Below, one piece after another: positions 49,350 through 59,102 of a DNA stretch of 64,000 nt. The notes beneath the pieces were generated by a model. That model did no database searches. It had not been told where the DNA came from and saw nothing but the letters and a program-made list of their open reading frames with translations. The stretch is from NCBI GenBank assembly GCA_947643405.1, contig CANRVY010000003.1:3072-67071 (forward strand), written 5' to 3'. This stretch comes from an uncultured Mycoplasmatota bacterium. Lineage in GTDB: Bacteria > Bacillota_I > Bacilli_A > RF39 > UBA660. The stretch's first letter is position 1. Every line of letters starts with the position of its first letter. The position numbers and the translations under genes were made by a program.

Positions 49350-50495
49350 CTATTTATTTTTTGATGATAATACCAATACAGCAGGATTTACAACTTCTTT
49401 TTCTTCTTCTGTAATACCAAATTTTTTATTCCAATATTGTCTGAATTCTATTCCCCTTACACTAAAATGAGCAATCATACTAGAAACAGCACCTGCCATG
49501 TATCCTGTCAATCCCATTTCTATATATATTTTTTCTACCTCTTCACAAGTTGCACCTTCTTGTAATTTTTTCAAACATAATAAGGCTGTTTCTACAATAC
49601 AACAAGAATATGCATCATTTGTATTACAATCCACACATTGCATCCATTCTTCTGCATCTTCTTTTTTCACGAAAGCCAAACCATCTTTCATAATTGTGTA
49701 TTTCTTTTTCTTAGCTTCTAAATCAGCATGTTCTTTCTCTTGATTTCTAATGGTTTCCGCTTTTATCCTACGATCCCTTTGTTTATCCACAATGGTATCC
49801 CCAAACATTTTTCTTCTTGCTTCTTCTATTTTTTCGGGATCTCTTCTATCATATCCATATTCAATATATGGATTAGAATATAATTCTTCTCCTGTTTCTT
49901 CTAGTCTAATAGATGAAATAGCAGAACCATATCCAATAAATGGTATTCCATAACATCCTATTTCTACATTTGTAAAAAAATTTACATTTCTTAATACATC
50001 AGTTTCTTCTTGCGCTGCTCCATACCACCATCCTTGATAAGAAACTCTCTCTCCTACATGTTGTTTTAATGCTTGAAACATTTTAAAAGCATTAGCTTCT
50101 TTATTATGTTCTGCTACATACTCTTCTAATGTGACATCATCTTCTTCCATTGGCATAAAATTACCATATTCAGTCATACATACTGATGATATTTGATTAC
50201 ATTTCATATTGCTGATTAATATTTCATACTTTGGCATATTTCCAAAACGACTTTGAACTTCTTCAATAGTTAATCTTTTTCCAATATAGAACCAATTTGT
50301 TCTATTATGAATTTTACCCTCAAATTGTTCCCCATCTATGTCTATAAAATCCTTTTCATAGAATCGAAAACCAATTGCGCGTTTCTTCAATTCTACTTTC
50401 ATAGGATCGCTATGTCCAATTTCTACACTGCTAGTTTCTGTCATCAATAAGCCTGGGTATAAATACTCCACATATTTTTTTGTAGTCTTTTCCAT
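49350..50495 (-). CDS. Hypothetical Cys-rich protein (island cargo)
   Basis: AAGGGGGA RBS. 381 aa. CVDC...SCC cluster near the C-terminus. Confidence 0.5.
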   Translation of the reverse strand: MEKTTKKYVEYLYPGLLMTETSSVEIGHSDPMKVELKKRAIGFRFYEKDFIDIDGEQFEGKIHNRTNWFYIGKRLTIEEVQSRFGNMPKYEILISNMKCNQISSVCMTEYGNFMPMEEDDVTLEEYVAEHNKEANAFKMFQALKQHVGERVSYQGWWYGAAQEETDVLRNVNFFTNVEIGCYGIPFIGYGSAISSIRLEETGEELYSNPYIEYGYDRRDPEKIEEARRKMFGDTIVDKQRDRRIKAETIRNQEKEHADLEAKKKKYTIMKDGLAFVKKEDAEEWMQCVDCNTNDAYSCCIVETALLCLKKLQEGATCEEVEKIYIEMGLTGYMAGAVSSMIAHFSVRGIEFRQYWNKKFGITEEEKEVVNPAVLVLSSKNK

Positions 50496-50700
50496 TCATA
50501 ATTCCCCCTTAACTTTCTTAAAGTTTTTCACTTTGAGAATTTTTTATAAACAGTCAAGATTATAAATATTAAAAAAGATATGACTACAATATATAAATGG
50601 TGAAATTTGACAAATCATTTTTTTTGTTATAGAATAACGTCTAAGTTGTGAACGCAACAAGTCTTTTAATCTCAAAGTGAAAAACTTTGGGATTTTATTT

Positions 50701-51780
50701 TTACCTAAAATTGCACATAGGATTTAAGCTATTCATCAATCTTACTTTGTTATCAAAACTTGGATGTACATATCGATCTAATGTAATTTTCACATTCGAA
50801 TGACCTAAAATTTCGCTTAACGTTTTTGGATCACAACCACTTTCTATACATCTCGTTGCAAAGGTATGTCTTAATGCATGAAAATTATATTCATTAATAT
50901 TAATTGACTTCATAATACTTTTATAATGATTTGTATAACTTCTTGGTTCAATAAAGTCTTCTGTTCCTGTTAGAAAAAAGCACAATTCTCCCTTTTTTAA
51001 TTTTTCTAATTTTGAAATTAAAAAGTTTGGAATGGGAATATTTCTAATAGATGATATAGATTTAGGCTCATCTAATATTACAATTGTTTTATTTTTTATA
51101 TTTTTATTATCATTTTTTACACGTATCAAAGTCTTCTCAACCCGAATAACATTATTTTCTAAATCAATATGTTCCCATTTTAAACCACATAACTCACCAA
51201 TTCTAAGACCTGTATATAAACATAACAGAATTCCCATACTTTCTTCTGTTGTTGAACAGCTTAATTTTTGTTCTAATAATAATTGATGCTCTTTGGTAAG
51301 TATCTGAATTTCTTTTTTCGGAATCTTAGGCATCGAAATACTGATATCTACATTATGATATTTTAATATTTGTTGTAACATAATAAGTATGTCTTTTACT
51401 GTTTTTGGCGCTAGTCCTTGACTTAACAATTTCTCAGTAAATTCATTAACAATATTCTTATTAATTTGTTTTCGTTTATATTTTCCAAATGCTGGTATAA
51501 GATGTGCATAAGCCATATATTCATAGTTGGAATAAGATGATTTTTTACAAGATATTTTAACACTTCTAAGCCAATTATAGATATCTCCACTAAATAAAGT
51601 TTTATCAATAGGAATTTCTATTTTTAATATTTCTCTATATTTTCTCAATACCTCTTCTTCTGTTTTTGCATAAATAAATCCATAATCTGTTTTACCATCC
51701 TCTTTTATTCCTTTTTTATATTTTATAAAATATCTCCCATCCTTTCTCAAATAAATTTTTTCTTGCTTCTTATTTTCCAT
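50701..51780 (-). CDS. int: Tyrosine recombinase/phage-type integrase
   Basis: C-terminal catalytic region HALRHTFATR...LGHSNVKITLDRYVH with the R..H..R..Y signature. Confidence 0.9.
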   Translation of the reverse strand: MENKKQEKIYLRKDGRYFIKYKKGIKEDGKTDYGFIYAKTEEEVLRKYREILKIEIPIDKTLFSGDIYNWLRSVKISCKKSSYSNYEYMAYAHLIPAFGKYKRKQINKNIVNEFTEKLLSQGLAPKTVKDILIMLQQILKYHNVDISISMPKIPKKEIQILTKEHQLLLEQKLSCSTTEESMGILLCLYTGLRIGELCGLKWEHIDLENNVIRVEKTLIRVKNDNKNIKNKTIVILDEPKSISSIRNIPIPNFLISKLEKLKKGELCFFLTGTEDFIEPRSYTNHYKSIMKSININEYNFHALRHTFATRCIESGCDPKTLSEILGHSNVKITLDRYVHPSFDNKVRLMNSLNPMCNFR

Positions 51781-51963
51781 AAATATTTCTCCTTTCGAGT
51801 AAATATCATACAGAAAATAAATATAATTACTAAAAAAAGTGCTAATTTAATAACACTTTTATCCATCTATGACCACATCACCAACTTGAAATCCTTTATA
51901 TACTTCTTCTGTAATAATGATTGTCATTTCCTCAAACAAATATTCTTACCCATATTCTGCTTT

Positions 51964-53859
51964 TTAAAAGCGTCCGCCTCCTGAGCCTCCACCAAACGAT
52001 CCTCCTCCTCCAGAGAAGCCTCCACCAAATCCGCCTCCTGAGGAATTAGAAGAATTTGCAATTGATTGTGCTGAATAAGCATTATTCATTGCTGTTGTTA
52101 CAGTAGAAGACATAATTCGATTAAATACCATCATATCTCTCATCGTTCTCATACTATAATGAATATCAATTAAATCTGCATCATTAAATTCATTAATTCT
52201 AAGCTGCATTGTCTTAGAAAGTTTATCTGCACATCCAAGACTTACTGCATAAACTAAATATTTTTCCCATAAAACAATCTCTGGTAAGTCTTTTTTGTCC
52301 ATTGTACCAAAATCTTCCATAAATTTCTTTAAAGCTTTCCACTTTAGATAATGTTCATTTCCCTTTTGGGTCTTTTTGGTAAATGATAAAAAGTAAATTA
52401 ATGATACAAGAGCTAATACAAATAAAATAATACCAAATACCAAAATATAATTGAATGCTAGCACAGCAAGTGTTAATCCAAGTACTGAATAAAGACTAGA
52501 TTTTAATTTAATTCCTGTTTTATTTTCATAAAAATCTTCATTCTTTGCCTCTATCATTGCCATATTTTTCCACTTATTAAAATTATTGATAAAAGAAGAA
52601 TAACCAGATTTTGCTTTTTTCTTAAGCTCTTTTAAAGTAATTTCATTTTCTTTAAAAATCAACTTAATTAATTGTCTATCTGAATCCGTCATCTCAGTAT
52701 CATTTTCATGATATACAAGTTTATAATCTTTTTTATCTAATGGTTCAAAAGTCACTACTTTTTTATAAATTAAATTTAATAAACAAGCTGACAAATCATC
52801 ATTTCTAATATTTTGATGAAATAAATATCCGACTGTTGAAGGATTATAGTCTGCTGGGAAATCTCTAAAATATTGAGTTTTAAAAGTTGATTCATATTCT
52901 TTATCATGCTTTTTATAAACATAGTACACTAAAAATCCGAATCCAATTATCCAAGCTACTCCTAAAACTCCAGAAACAACTGTCATAAACAATGTTATTT
53001 TTTTATCTCTCGCTACCTGTTTTCTTGCTTCTTCTCTTTTTTGATTGGCAATTTCTGCTTTTTCAGTTTCCACTTCTACAATTGTATCAAGAGCTTCTAC
53101 ATGAGAAAACTTAGTAGAACCTTTCACTGCTTCTTTATCAAATACAAAACGAGTATCTATTGCTGTATTCGCATACAAGTCATCAACAGTAATAATAATG
53201 TGATCGGTTCCATCTAATTCTATATTTCCAACTAATGGTCCATGAGCATATCCTTTTAATAAATTTTGATTATTTGGAATATAAATATCTGCTTTAAAAT
53301 GATGTATGCTTTCTCTAAAGTTATCATTAAATATATTCCAACCTACTTCTGCGACATCTTCATGAACAACTGCCATATTTTTAATAATGTATTCTAAATA
53401 GAAAAAATGCTTTTTTGAAGAGGGATTATAAATACGATAACTAACTCCTGAACTTGTTTTATTTTCTGTATAAACTCCAAAGTCTCCTGCTTCTGCATGA
53501 TAAGTTTTTGTAAATTTTGTTCCACTAGTTTCCATATTGTTCCAAGAAATAGAATCTGTATAAGGAATGGCTCTTATTTGAATAAGCTTTATGTCAGTCC
53601 CATTATAAATAGCACTTCCATTAAAAGACTCTTTATCCCCAGTGAAATTGGACGCTAAAATGTTCTCAAAATCAATATCGCGATCCATTCCATTAAATGT
53701 GCCATTCATTAAAAAGGCCTCTCTTACATATAAATCTCCATTGTCTAATACTGTGACATGCATATTAAAATTTTCAATTCCATAGTCACTTGCTTTTACT
53801 CCCACAGGAATAAGAATGCAAGTAATGAAAAAGATAAAGACTCCAAATATTTTCTTCAT
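51964..53859 (-). CDS. DUF2207-family membrane protein with a C-terminal Gly-rich tail
   Basis: Signal peptide, TM helices, and the terminal SGGGFGGGFSGGGGSFGGGSGGGRF. Confidence 0.7.
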   Translation of the reverse strand: MKKIFGVFIFFITCILIPVGVKASDYGIENFNMHVTVLDNGDLYVREAFLMNGTFNGMDRDIDFENILASNFTGDKESFNGSAIYNGTDIKLIQIRAIPYTDSISWNNMETSGTKFTKTYHAEAGDFGVYTENKTSSGVSYRIYNPSSKKHFFYLEYIIKNMAVVHEDVAEVGWNIFNDNFRESIHHFKADIYIPNNQNLLKGYAHGPLVGNIELDGTDHIIITVDDLYANTAIDTRFVFDKEAVKGSTKFSHVEALDTIVEVETEKAEIANQKREEARKQVARDKKITLFMTVVSGVLGVAWIIGFGFLVYYVYKKHDKEYESTFKTQYFRDFPADYNPSTVGYLFHQNIRNDDLSACLLNLIYKKVVTFEPLDKKDYKLVYHENDTEMTDSDRQLIKLIFKENEITLKELKKKAKSGYSSFINNFNKWKNMAMIEAKNEDFYENKTGIKLKSSLYSVLGLTLAVLAFNYILVFGIILFVLALVSLIYFLSFTKKTQKGNEHYLKWKALKKFMEDFGTMDKKDLPEIVLWEKYLVYAVSLGCADKLSKTMQLRINEFNDADLIDIHYSMRTMRDMMVFNRIMSSTVTTAMNNAYSAQSIANSSNSSGGGFGGGFSGGGGSFGGGSGGGRF

Positions 53860-53929
53860 ACAATCACCCTTACATTCATTATATCATGTTTTAATTTTTA
53901 TAATACAAAAAAATTAGAAAATATAAATT

Positions 53930-54280
53930 CTAATCTTTTGGCTTAAATATAAGAGAAAGAAAGAAGGAAAAGATAATTGCAGATGTAATTCCAGAAGCTG
54001 TTAAATTAAACATGCCCATAAAAAGAGCCATTAATCCCTGATCATAAGCCATATCCATAGCTCCATGGGAAAGCAAATGCCCAAAACTTGTAATTGGAAC
54101 TAAAGCTCCACCACCTGCCCATAAAATAATTTTATCATAAATGCTAAAGGTATCTAAGAATGCTCCTACAATGACAAAAATTGTAGTAACATGTCCAGGT
54201 GTTAATTTTGTATTATCTAATATCATTTGTCCAAGCAGACAAACGAATCCACAAAATAGAAATGAATTAACAAAAATCAT
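53930..54280 (-). CDS. spoVAE: Stage V sporulation protein AE (SpoVAEB)
   Basis: 116 aa, SpoVAC/SpoVAEB-family membrane protein. Confidence 0.8.
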   Translation of the reverse strand: MIFVNSFLFCGFVCLLGQMILDNTKLTPGHVTTIFVIVGAFLDTFSIYDKIILWAGGGALVPITSFGHLLSHGAMDMAYDQGLMALFMGMFNLTASGITSAIIFSFFLSLIFKPKD

Positions 54281-55266
54281 TCTACCACCTCCAAACTAAT
54301 AGCATGGGCAATTGCTGGTATAGATAACTTTTGATTTACCATAGTAGGAGAATGTAGTGCTCCTGTTGCTACCAACAAAATTCTATGATATTCTTTCTTT
54401 TTCATCTTGTTTAAAATATAACTATAAGTAACAAGTGGTGCACAAGCTGGACCACTTCCTCCTGCATAAACTGGCTGTTTTTCTCTATCATAAATCATAC
54501 AAGCAGTATCATTATAATTTTTTAGTTCTATTCCATATTCAGTTTTCATATATTCTTTTAGAATATCTCTACCATAAACTCCCAAATCCCCCGTTAATAT
54601 TAAATCATAGTAGCCAATTTCTCTTTTGGTATCTCTTAAATGTTTAAAGATAGTATCTGCTGCTGCTGGTGCCATCACTGCTCCCATATGATAAACATCT
54701 TTTATCCCTAGATCTACTACACTTCCAACAGTAGAACTATCTACCTTAATTTGTTCTTTATTACTAGATAAATAAGCACTTGCACTTCCAGTAGTTGTAA
54801 AAGTTGCCGTTTTAGGTTTTGGTCCACCATATTCAACTGGATAACGGAATTGTTTCTCTGCTGCATTATTATGAGAGCTTACTGCACAAATACAATTCTT
54901 GATTTGCTTATTTTCTACCATATTAGCCCCGATTATAAGTCCCTCTACGCTTGTTGCGCAAGCATTATAAACCCCCATAAAAGGAATGCCTAATCTACTA
55001 GCTGCATAACTAGAAGAAGCAATCTGATTCAATAAATCTCCAGATAAAAATAGATCAATATCAAATTTTGTCTTTCCTATTTTAGAAAGTAGAATATCAA
55101 CACTATCTTCTATCATTTTGCTTTCTGCTTGTTCAAACGTATCCATATTGATATAAAAATCATCATAAGTTGCATCATAATAATTTTTCAGAGGTCCTTT
55201 TTGTTCATATGGCCCTGCTACTGTACTTGTCGCATTGATATAAACATTATTATATCTAAATGTCAT
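54277..55266 (-). CDS. spoVAD: Stage V sporulation protein AD
   Basis: Thiolase-like fold and a SpoVAD-like sequence. Confidence 0.85.
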   Translation of the reverse strand: MTFRYNNVYINATSTVAGPYEQKGPLKNYYDATYDDFYINMDTFEQAESKMIEDSVDILLSKIGKTKFDIDLFLSGDLLNQIASSSYAASRLGIPFMGVYNACATSVEGLIIGANMVENKQIKNCICAVSSHNNAAEKQFRYPVEYGGPKPKTATFTTTGSASAYLSSNKEQIKVDSSTVGSVVDLGIKDVYHMGAVMAPAAADTIFKHLRDTKREIGYYDLILTGDLGVYGRDILKEYMKTEYGIELKNYNDTACMIYDREKQPVYAGGSGPACAPLVTYSYILNKMKKKEYHRILLVATGALHSPTMVNQKLSIPAIAHAISLEVVE

Positions 55267-55706
55267 GCTATCCCTCCTAGCAATAAACGAATAAGTCCAA
55301 ATGTATAAGCACTCACTACTCCAAATATAATTACTGAGCCAGCTAGTTTAAACATATTAGCTCCAATACCAGTTACCATTCCTTCTTTACGATATTCTAA
55401 AGCCGCACTCATCATGGCATGTGCAAATCCAGTAATTGGAATAATAAGTCCACATTTCGCAAAGTTTACCCATTTATCAAAAAATCCAAAACAAGTAAAC
55501 AAACATCCAATAAATATTAATGTGATAATCATGAACATAGTTGCTTCTGATGTTGGAATATCAAAAAAATATGCATAAAGTTGTCTTAATAATTCTCCCA
55601 AAGCCCCCATGAATCCTCCAATAATAAAAGCTATCATTCCATTATATAATCTATTTTCTTTTGGAGTATGTTTATTTACCAAATCTTTATATTTTGTTTT
55701 TTCCAT
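55263..55706 (-). CDS. spoVAC: Stage V sporulation protein AC
   Basis: SpoVAC membrane protein (GGFMGALGELL). An internal ATG was chosen as the start. Confidence 0.8.
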   Translation of the reverse strand: MEKTKYKDLVNKHTPKENRLYNGMIAFIIGGFMGALGELLRQLYAYFFDIPTSEATMFMIITLIFIGCLFTCFGFFDKWVNFAKCGLIIPITGFAHAMMSAALEYRKEGMVTGIGANMFKLAGSVIIFGVVSAYTFGLIRLLLGGIA

Positions 55707-55869
55707 GTTTTCCCTCCTAACTTTATTATGAAAAATTTTACTTTTTTTATACAAAAGGAAAAAACTACCAAAAATAATAAATTCCTTTTTATAAAATGAA
55801 TTTTAAAATAAAACTAAGAAAAACAATAACTTTTAAAAAAAATATGATATGATAATTTTGGTGAGACAA

Positions 55870-57018
55870 ATGAAAGCAGTTGGTATTATTTGTGAATATA
55901 ATCCATTTCATAACGGACACTTATATCACATAAAAAAAATAAAAGAAATGTATCCAAATCATATTATTGTTTTAGTTATGAGTGGACCTTTCACAGAGCG
56001 TGCTGATATTAGCATTTTAACAAAATGGGAAAAAACTGAAATAGCTCTTTTCTATGGAATAGATTTAGTTGTAGAATTACCATTTATTTTTGCAACTGGA
56101 AGTGCCGATCTTTTTGCACAAGGCGCTATTACTATCTTAAAAGATTTACAAGTAGAATACTTAGTTTTCGGAAGTGAAGAAAATGACATTCAGAAATTAA
56201 CCACATTAGCAATTCTTCAATCAAATAAATTGCATAATGAAAATGTTAAAAATTTTCTAAAAGAAGGTTTCAATTATCCTACTGCACTTTCAAAATCTTT
56301 AAAAGAATTATCTGGAATAACAATAACTTCTCCAAATGATTTACTTGGAATCTCTTATATTAAAGAAATTCAAAAACAAAATGCATCTATTATACCAATT
56401 ACAATTCAAAGGACAAATGATTATCATAGTGAAAATTTAGAACAAATAGGAAGTGCTAGTAGCATTCGAAAAGCACTAAAAGAAAAGAAAAATATTGATG
56501 CTTCTATTCCATCCTTGACTAGCAAATATATTCACCAAAACATTGATATTGAAAATTTATTTCCGTTTTTAAAATACAAAATAATCTCTGAAAAAGAAAA
56601 TTTAATTCACTACCATGAAGTAAATGAAAAATTAATACCAAGAATAAAAAAAGCTATCAATGGTTCAAACTCTTTAGATGAATTTATTAAAATAGTCAAA
56701 ACAAAAAGTGAAACTTATAGTAAAATAAAAAGAATTTGTTTATACATTCTTTGCGGTTTGACAAAAAAAGAAGCAAAATTCTATAAAAAACACCCTTATA
56801 TCCGAGTTTTAGGATTCACAAAAAAAGGAAGACAATATTTAAATCAAATAAAAAAGGAATTTACTCTTCCCTATATTTCGAATTATTCTAATGACCACAA
56901 TCATCTATTAAAATTAGATTTTAGAATTCACCAAATCTATACATTGATATTTCCAACAAATTTACAAAAACAATTATTAGAAGAAGAATTTAAAACTCCA
57001 CCAAAAAAAGGCAATTAA
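55870..57018 (+). CDS. tmcAL: tRNA(Met) cytidine acetate ligase TmcAL (YlbM/UPF0348)
   Basis: GIICEYNPFHNGH nucleotidyltransferase motif. GGTGAG RBS. Confidence 0.85.
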   Translation: MKAVGIICEYNPFHNGHLYHIKKIKEMYPNHIIVLVMSGPFTERADISILTKWEKTEIALFYGIDLVVELPFIFATGSADLFAQGAITILKDLQVEYLVFGSEENDIQKLTTLAILQSNKLHNENVKNFLKEGFNYPTALSKSLKELSGITITSPNDLLGISYIKEIQKQNASIIPITIQRTNDYHSENLEQIGSASSIRKALKEKKNIDASIPSLTSKYIHQNIDIENLFPFLKYKIISEKENLIHYHEVNEKLIPRIKKAINGSNSLDEFIKIVKTKSETYSKIKRICLYILCGLTKKEAKFYKKHPYIRVLGFTKKGRQYLNQIKKEFTLPYISNYSNDHNHLLKLDFRIHQIYTLIFPTNLQKQLLEEEFKTPPKKGN

Positions 57019-57029
57019 ATGCCTTTTTC

Positions 57030-57620
57030 TTATAAATAACAATCCATGCCATTCCATAATATTTCTGGATAAGTCGTTCTTACTTCAATATAATCTGTGA
57101 TATTAATTTCTTTCAAAAAATTTCTTATCATATCAATCCCATTCTTTAAGTCATCAAGTTTTCCTTGATATTCAATTTCTACAACCATCCCTAAAACATC
57201 AATTAAATCAACATCAAATTCAAAATTTTCAGCATGATAAACTTTTCTGATTTTATGGTAATGACAACTAGTAACGAATCCAAGAGACTCTAATATTTTA
57301 ATCATTTGTTCTCCTGAAGTTAATTTTTCTTCTATCTCATTAGAATATAAAAATTGTTCTTTTTCTCCAAATACTTTTTCTTTAAAATTAATGGTATCTC
57401 CACTACTACTTTTGCGAACTCGAAGTCTTTTTTTTGTGTTTTTGAGTCCTTTTTCATCTATATACAAAAAAGGATAATCTGGATTTTCAAAATAAGTATC
57501 TTCTATCGTTTCCGCTTTTATGAAAATTGCTTGTTCCTCTAAATATCTTTTAAAAGCCTCCTCATCTTGAACCAATATTTTTAATTTTATCTCTACATTT
57601 TCTTTTATTGTATCAATCAT
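57030..57620 (-). CDS. CYTH-domain protein (CyaB-like class IV adenylate cyclase/triphosphatase fold)
   Basis: N-terminal ExExK (VEIKLKIL) and 196 aa. Confidence 0.65.
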   Translation of the reverse strand: MIDTIKENVEIKLKILVQDEEAFKRYLEEQAIFIKAETIEDTYFENPDYPFLYIDEKGLKNTKKRLRVRKSSSGDTINFKEKVFGEKEQFLYSNEIEEKLTSGEQMIKILESLGFVTSCHYHKIRKVYHAENFEFDVDLIDVLGMVVEIEYQGKLDDLKNGIDMIRNFLKEINITDYIEVRTTYPEILWNGMDCYL

Positions 57621-57629
57621 TCATCATAC

Positions 57630-57866
57630 CTACTTCCTAAATATACTTTTCACTTTCTGTTTTGGACTCGTTGGGAAACGCTTTTCCGCTTCTTCATCAA
57701 TTGATACAGTTTCACCTGCACGAATTATCATAGAAGACAAACCACTTCCAATCAATACTTTTTCTCCTTTTTTTACGCTAACAAACGTTGAACTACTTCC
57801 TGAACCAATCATGACTTTTACATATTCTTCTTTAGGCCTTGACTTCTTTTTAAACACACATATCAC
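57630..57866 (-). CDS. Small hypothetical protein (78 aa) with G/S-rich beta-strand repeats
   Basis: VMIGSGSSSTFVSV...VLIGSGLSSMIIRAG repeats, reminiscent of a MinC-C/bactofilin beta-helix. Confidence 0.35.
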   Translation of the reverse strand: MICVFKKKSRPKEEYVKVMIGSGSSSTFVSVKKGEKVLIGSGLSSMIIRAGETVSIDEEAEKRFPTSPKQKVKSIFRK

Positions 57867-57891
57867 CTATGTTCAGTATATCATACTTTTT

Positions 57892-59064
57892 TTAATATGT
57901 ATTCAATTTTAATGTGGTTTTTCCAACATTTGACTTTAAACTATCTGGTATTGTAATCATATTAGGATTTCCATCTGAAATAAATTTACTTTTAGAAAGT
58001 ATATGAAAATTCATTTCAATATCAAAATCTTCTCCATCATTATCATATGCACGAATTCTTTTTAAAAATGTAGAATCAAATTGATCAGAGAAAGGAGAAG
58101 GACTGGCTTCCCACCCCACTCTTAAAGTTGCAATCGTATCATAATTTTTTCCATTATAACTACTATTTAAAATATGCGAAAAATTAATATGTTCTTTGCT
58201 ATAAGGAGAGCCAAATGGTAAAGCTACAATAGGAACATATTTTTGTGGAATTATTGCATCTAAAATAGAATACATTTTTCCAATTTGTTTGGAGGCTTCT
58301 TCAGAATTTACTTTAGTAAAATCAACATGATCAGCACTATGATTTCCAATATCATACCCATGTTCTATTAACCACTTTATGATTTCTTCATTATATTCAC
58401 TTTCAAATAAACTAGAATTTAAAAAAAATGTTGCTGTTACTTTAAAATCAGGATACTTCTTTTTAAATTCTTCTAATATACCAACAGCTGAATGAGAGTC
58501 AATTATAAGCTCTCCGTGTTCATTTTTTGAAGCAGAAATATTATGTTTTCCATCATCAAAAGTTAAAATAATAGGACTTTTTCCTAATTCTACATCAATT
58601 TTTCCATTAACAAAATCAGATAAGCGTATCATACGATATCCTTCCTTATAATAAAATTCTAAATCTCTTCTAAAGGCTTCACTCGTTCTTTGATAACCAT
58701 AATGATCAACATTTCCGTTCTTATCGTCTGTGTCATTATTTTGCATATCCCAAATTCCATGATACATCATAATAGGTATATCTCCTAATTCATTTATTTT
58801 TAAAGCTTCATAATCAATTCCTTTTGAAACTACAATTTTAATCTTTTCATTTTTTCTTATTTTCCCACTTTTAGGATATTGTTCTAAAATCGTTCCAACT
58901 TGTTTTTCACTATATACTTCTTCTACTTCTATTTCTAAATGATAATCACTAACAAAATCTTCTAATTCTTTTTTATCTTTCCCTTCAAAATTTATCATCG
59001 TTGGAACATGCATACAACCAATCATACACCAACAAAAAAAGAAAAGAGCTATCCATTTTTTCAT
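57892..59064 (-). CDS. Polysaccharide deacetylase (NodB-domain) lipoprotein
   Basis: Lipobox (MIGC) and NodB motifs (ILTFDDG and an H-H region). Confidence 0.8.
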   Translation of the reverse strand: MKKWIALFFFCWCMIGCMHVPTMINFEGKDKKELEDFVSDYHLEIEVEEVYSEKQVGTILEQYPKSGKIRKNEKIKIVVSKGIDYEALKINELGDIPIMMYHGIWDMQNNDTDDKNGNVDHYGYQRTSEAFRRDLEFYYKEGYRMIRLSDFVNGKIDVELGKSPIILTFDDGKHNISASKNEHGELIIDSHSAVGILEEFKKKYPDFKVTATFFLNSSLFESEYNEEIIKWLIEHGYDIGNHSADHVDFTKVNSEEASKQIGKMYSILDAIIPQKYVPIVALPFGSPYSKEHINFSHILNSSYNGKNYDTIATLRVGWEASPSPFSDQFDSTFLKRIRAYDNDGEDFDIEMNFHILSKSKFISDGNPNMITIPDSLKSNVGKTTLKLNTY

Positions 59065-59102
59065 AAAAATCACCATATTTAGTATCTCTACTATAAAGTG
59101 AT

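Larger units (their letters stand above)
47150..51830. mobile_element. Putative integrase-associated genomic islet (integrase plus three cargo genes including the amidoligase); boundaries approximate
   Basis: An integrase sits at one end, the cargo genes share 5'-UTR hairpins and an upstream motif, and housekeeping genes (trmB; DUF2207/spoVA) flank the region. Confidence 0.35.

Noticed and set aside
47124-51960. Candidate att direct repeat (AAATATTCTT at about 47207 and 51938) flanking the integrase islet
   Set aside because: A 10-mer match in AT-rich DNA is expected by chance. No convincing longer direct repeat or adjacent tRNA was seen.
49498-51984. Small plus-strand ORFs inside the 381-aa gene, the integrase gene and the 51763-51984 intergenic ORF
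   Set aside because: Antisense or intergenic ORFs with no RBS and poor composition.
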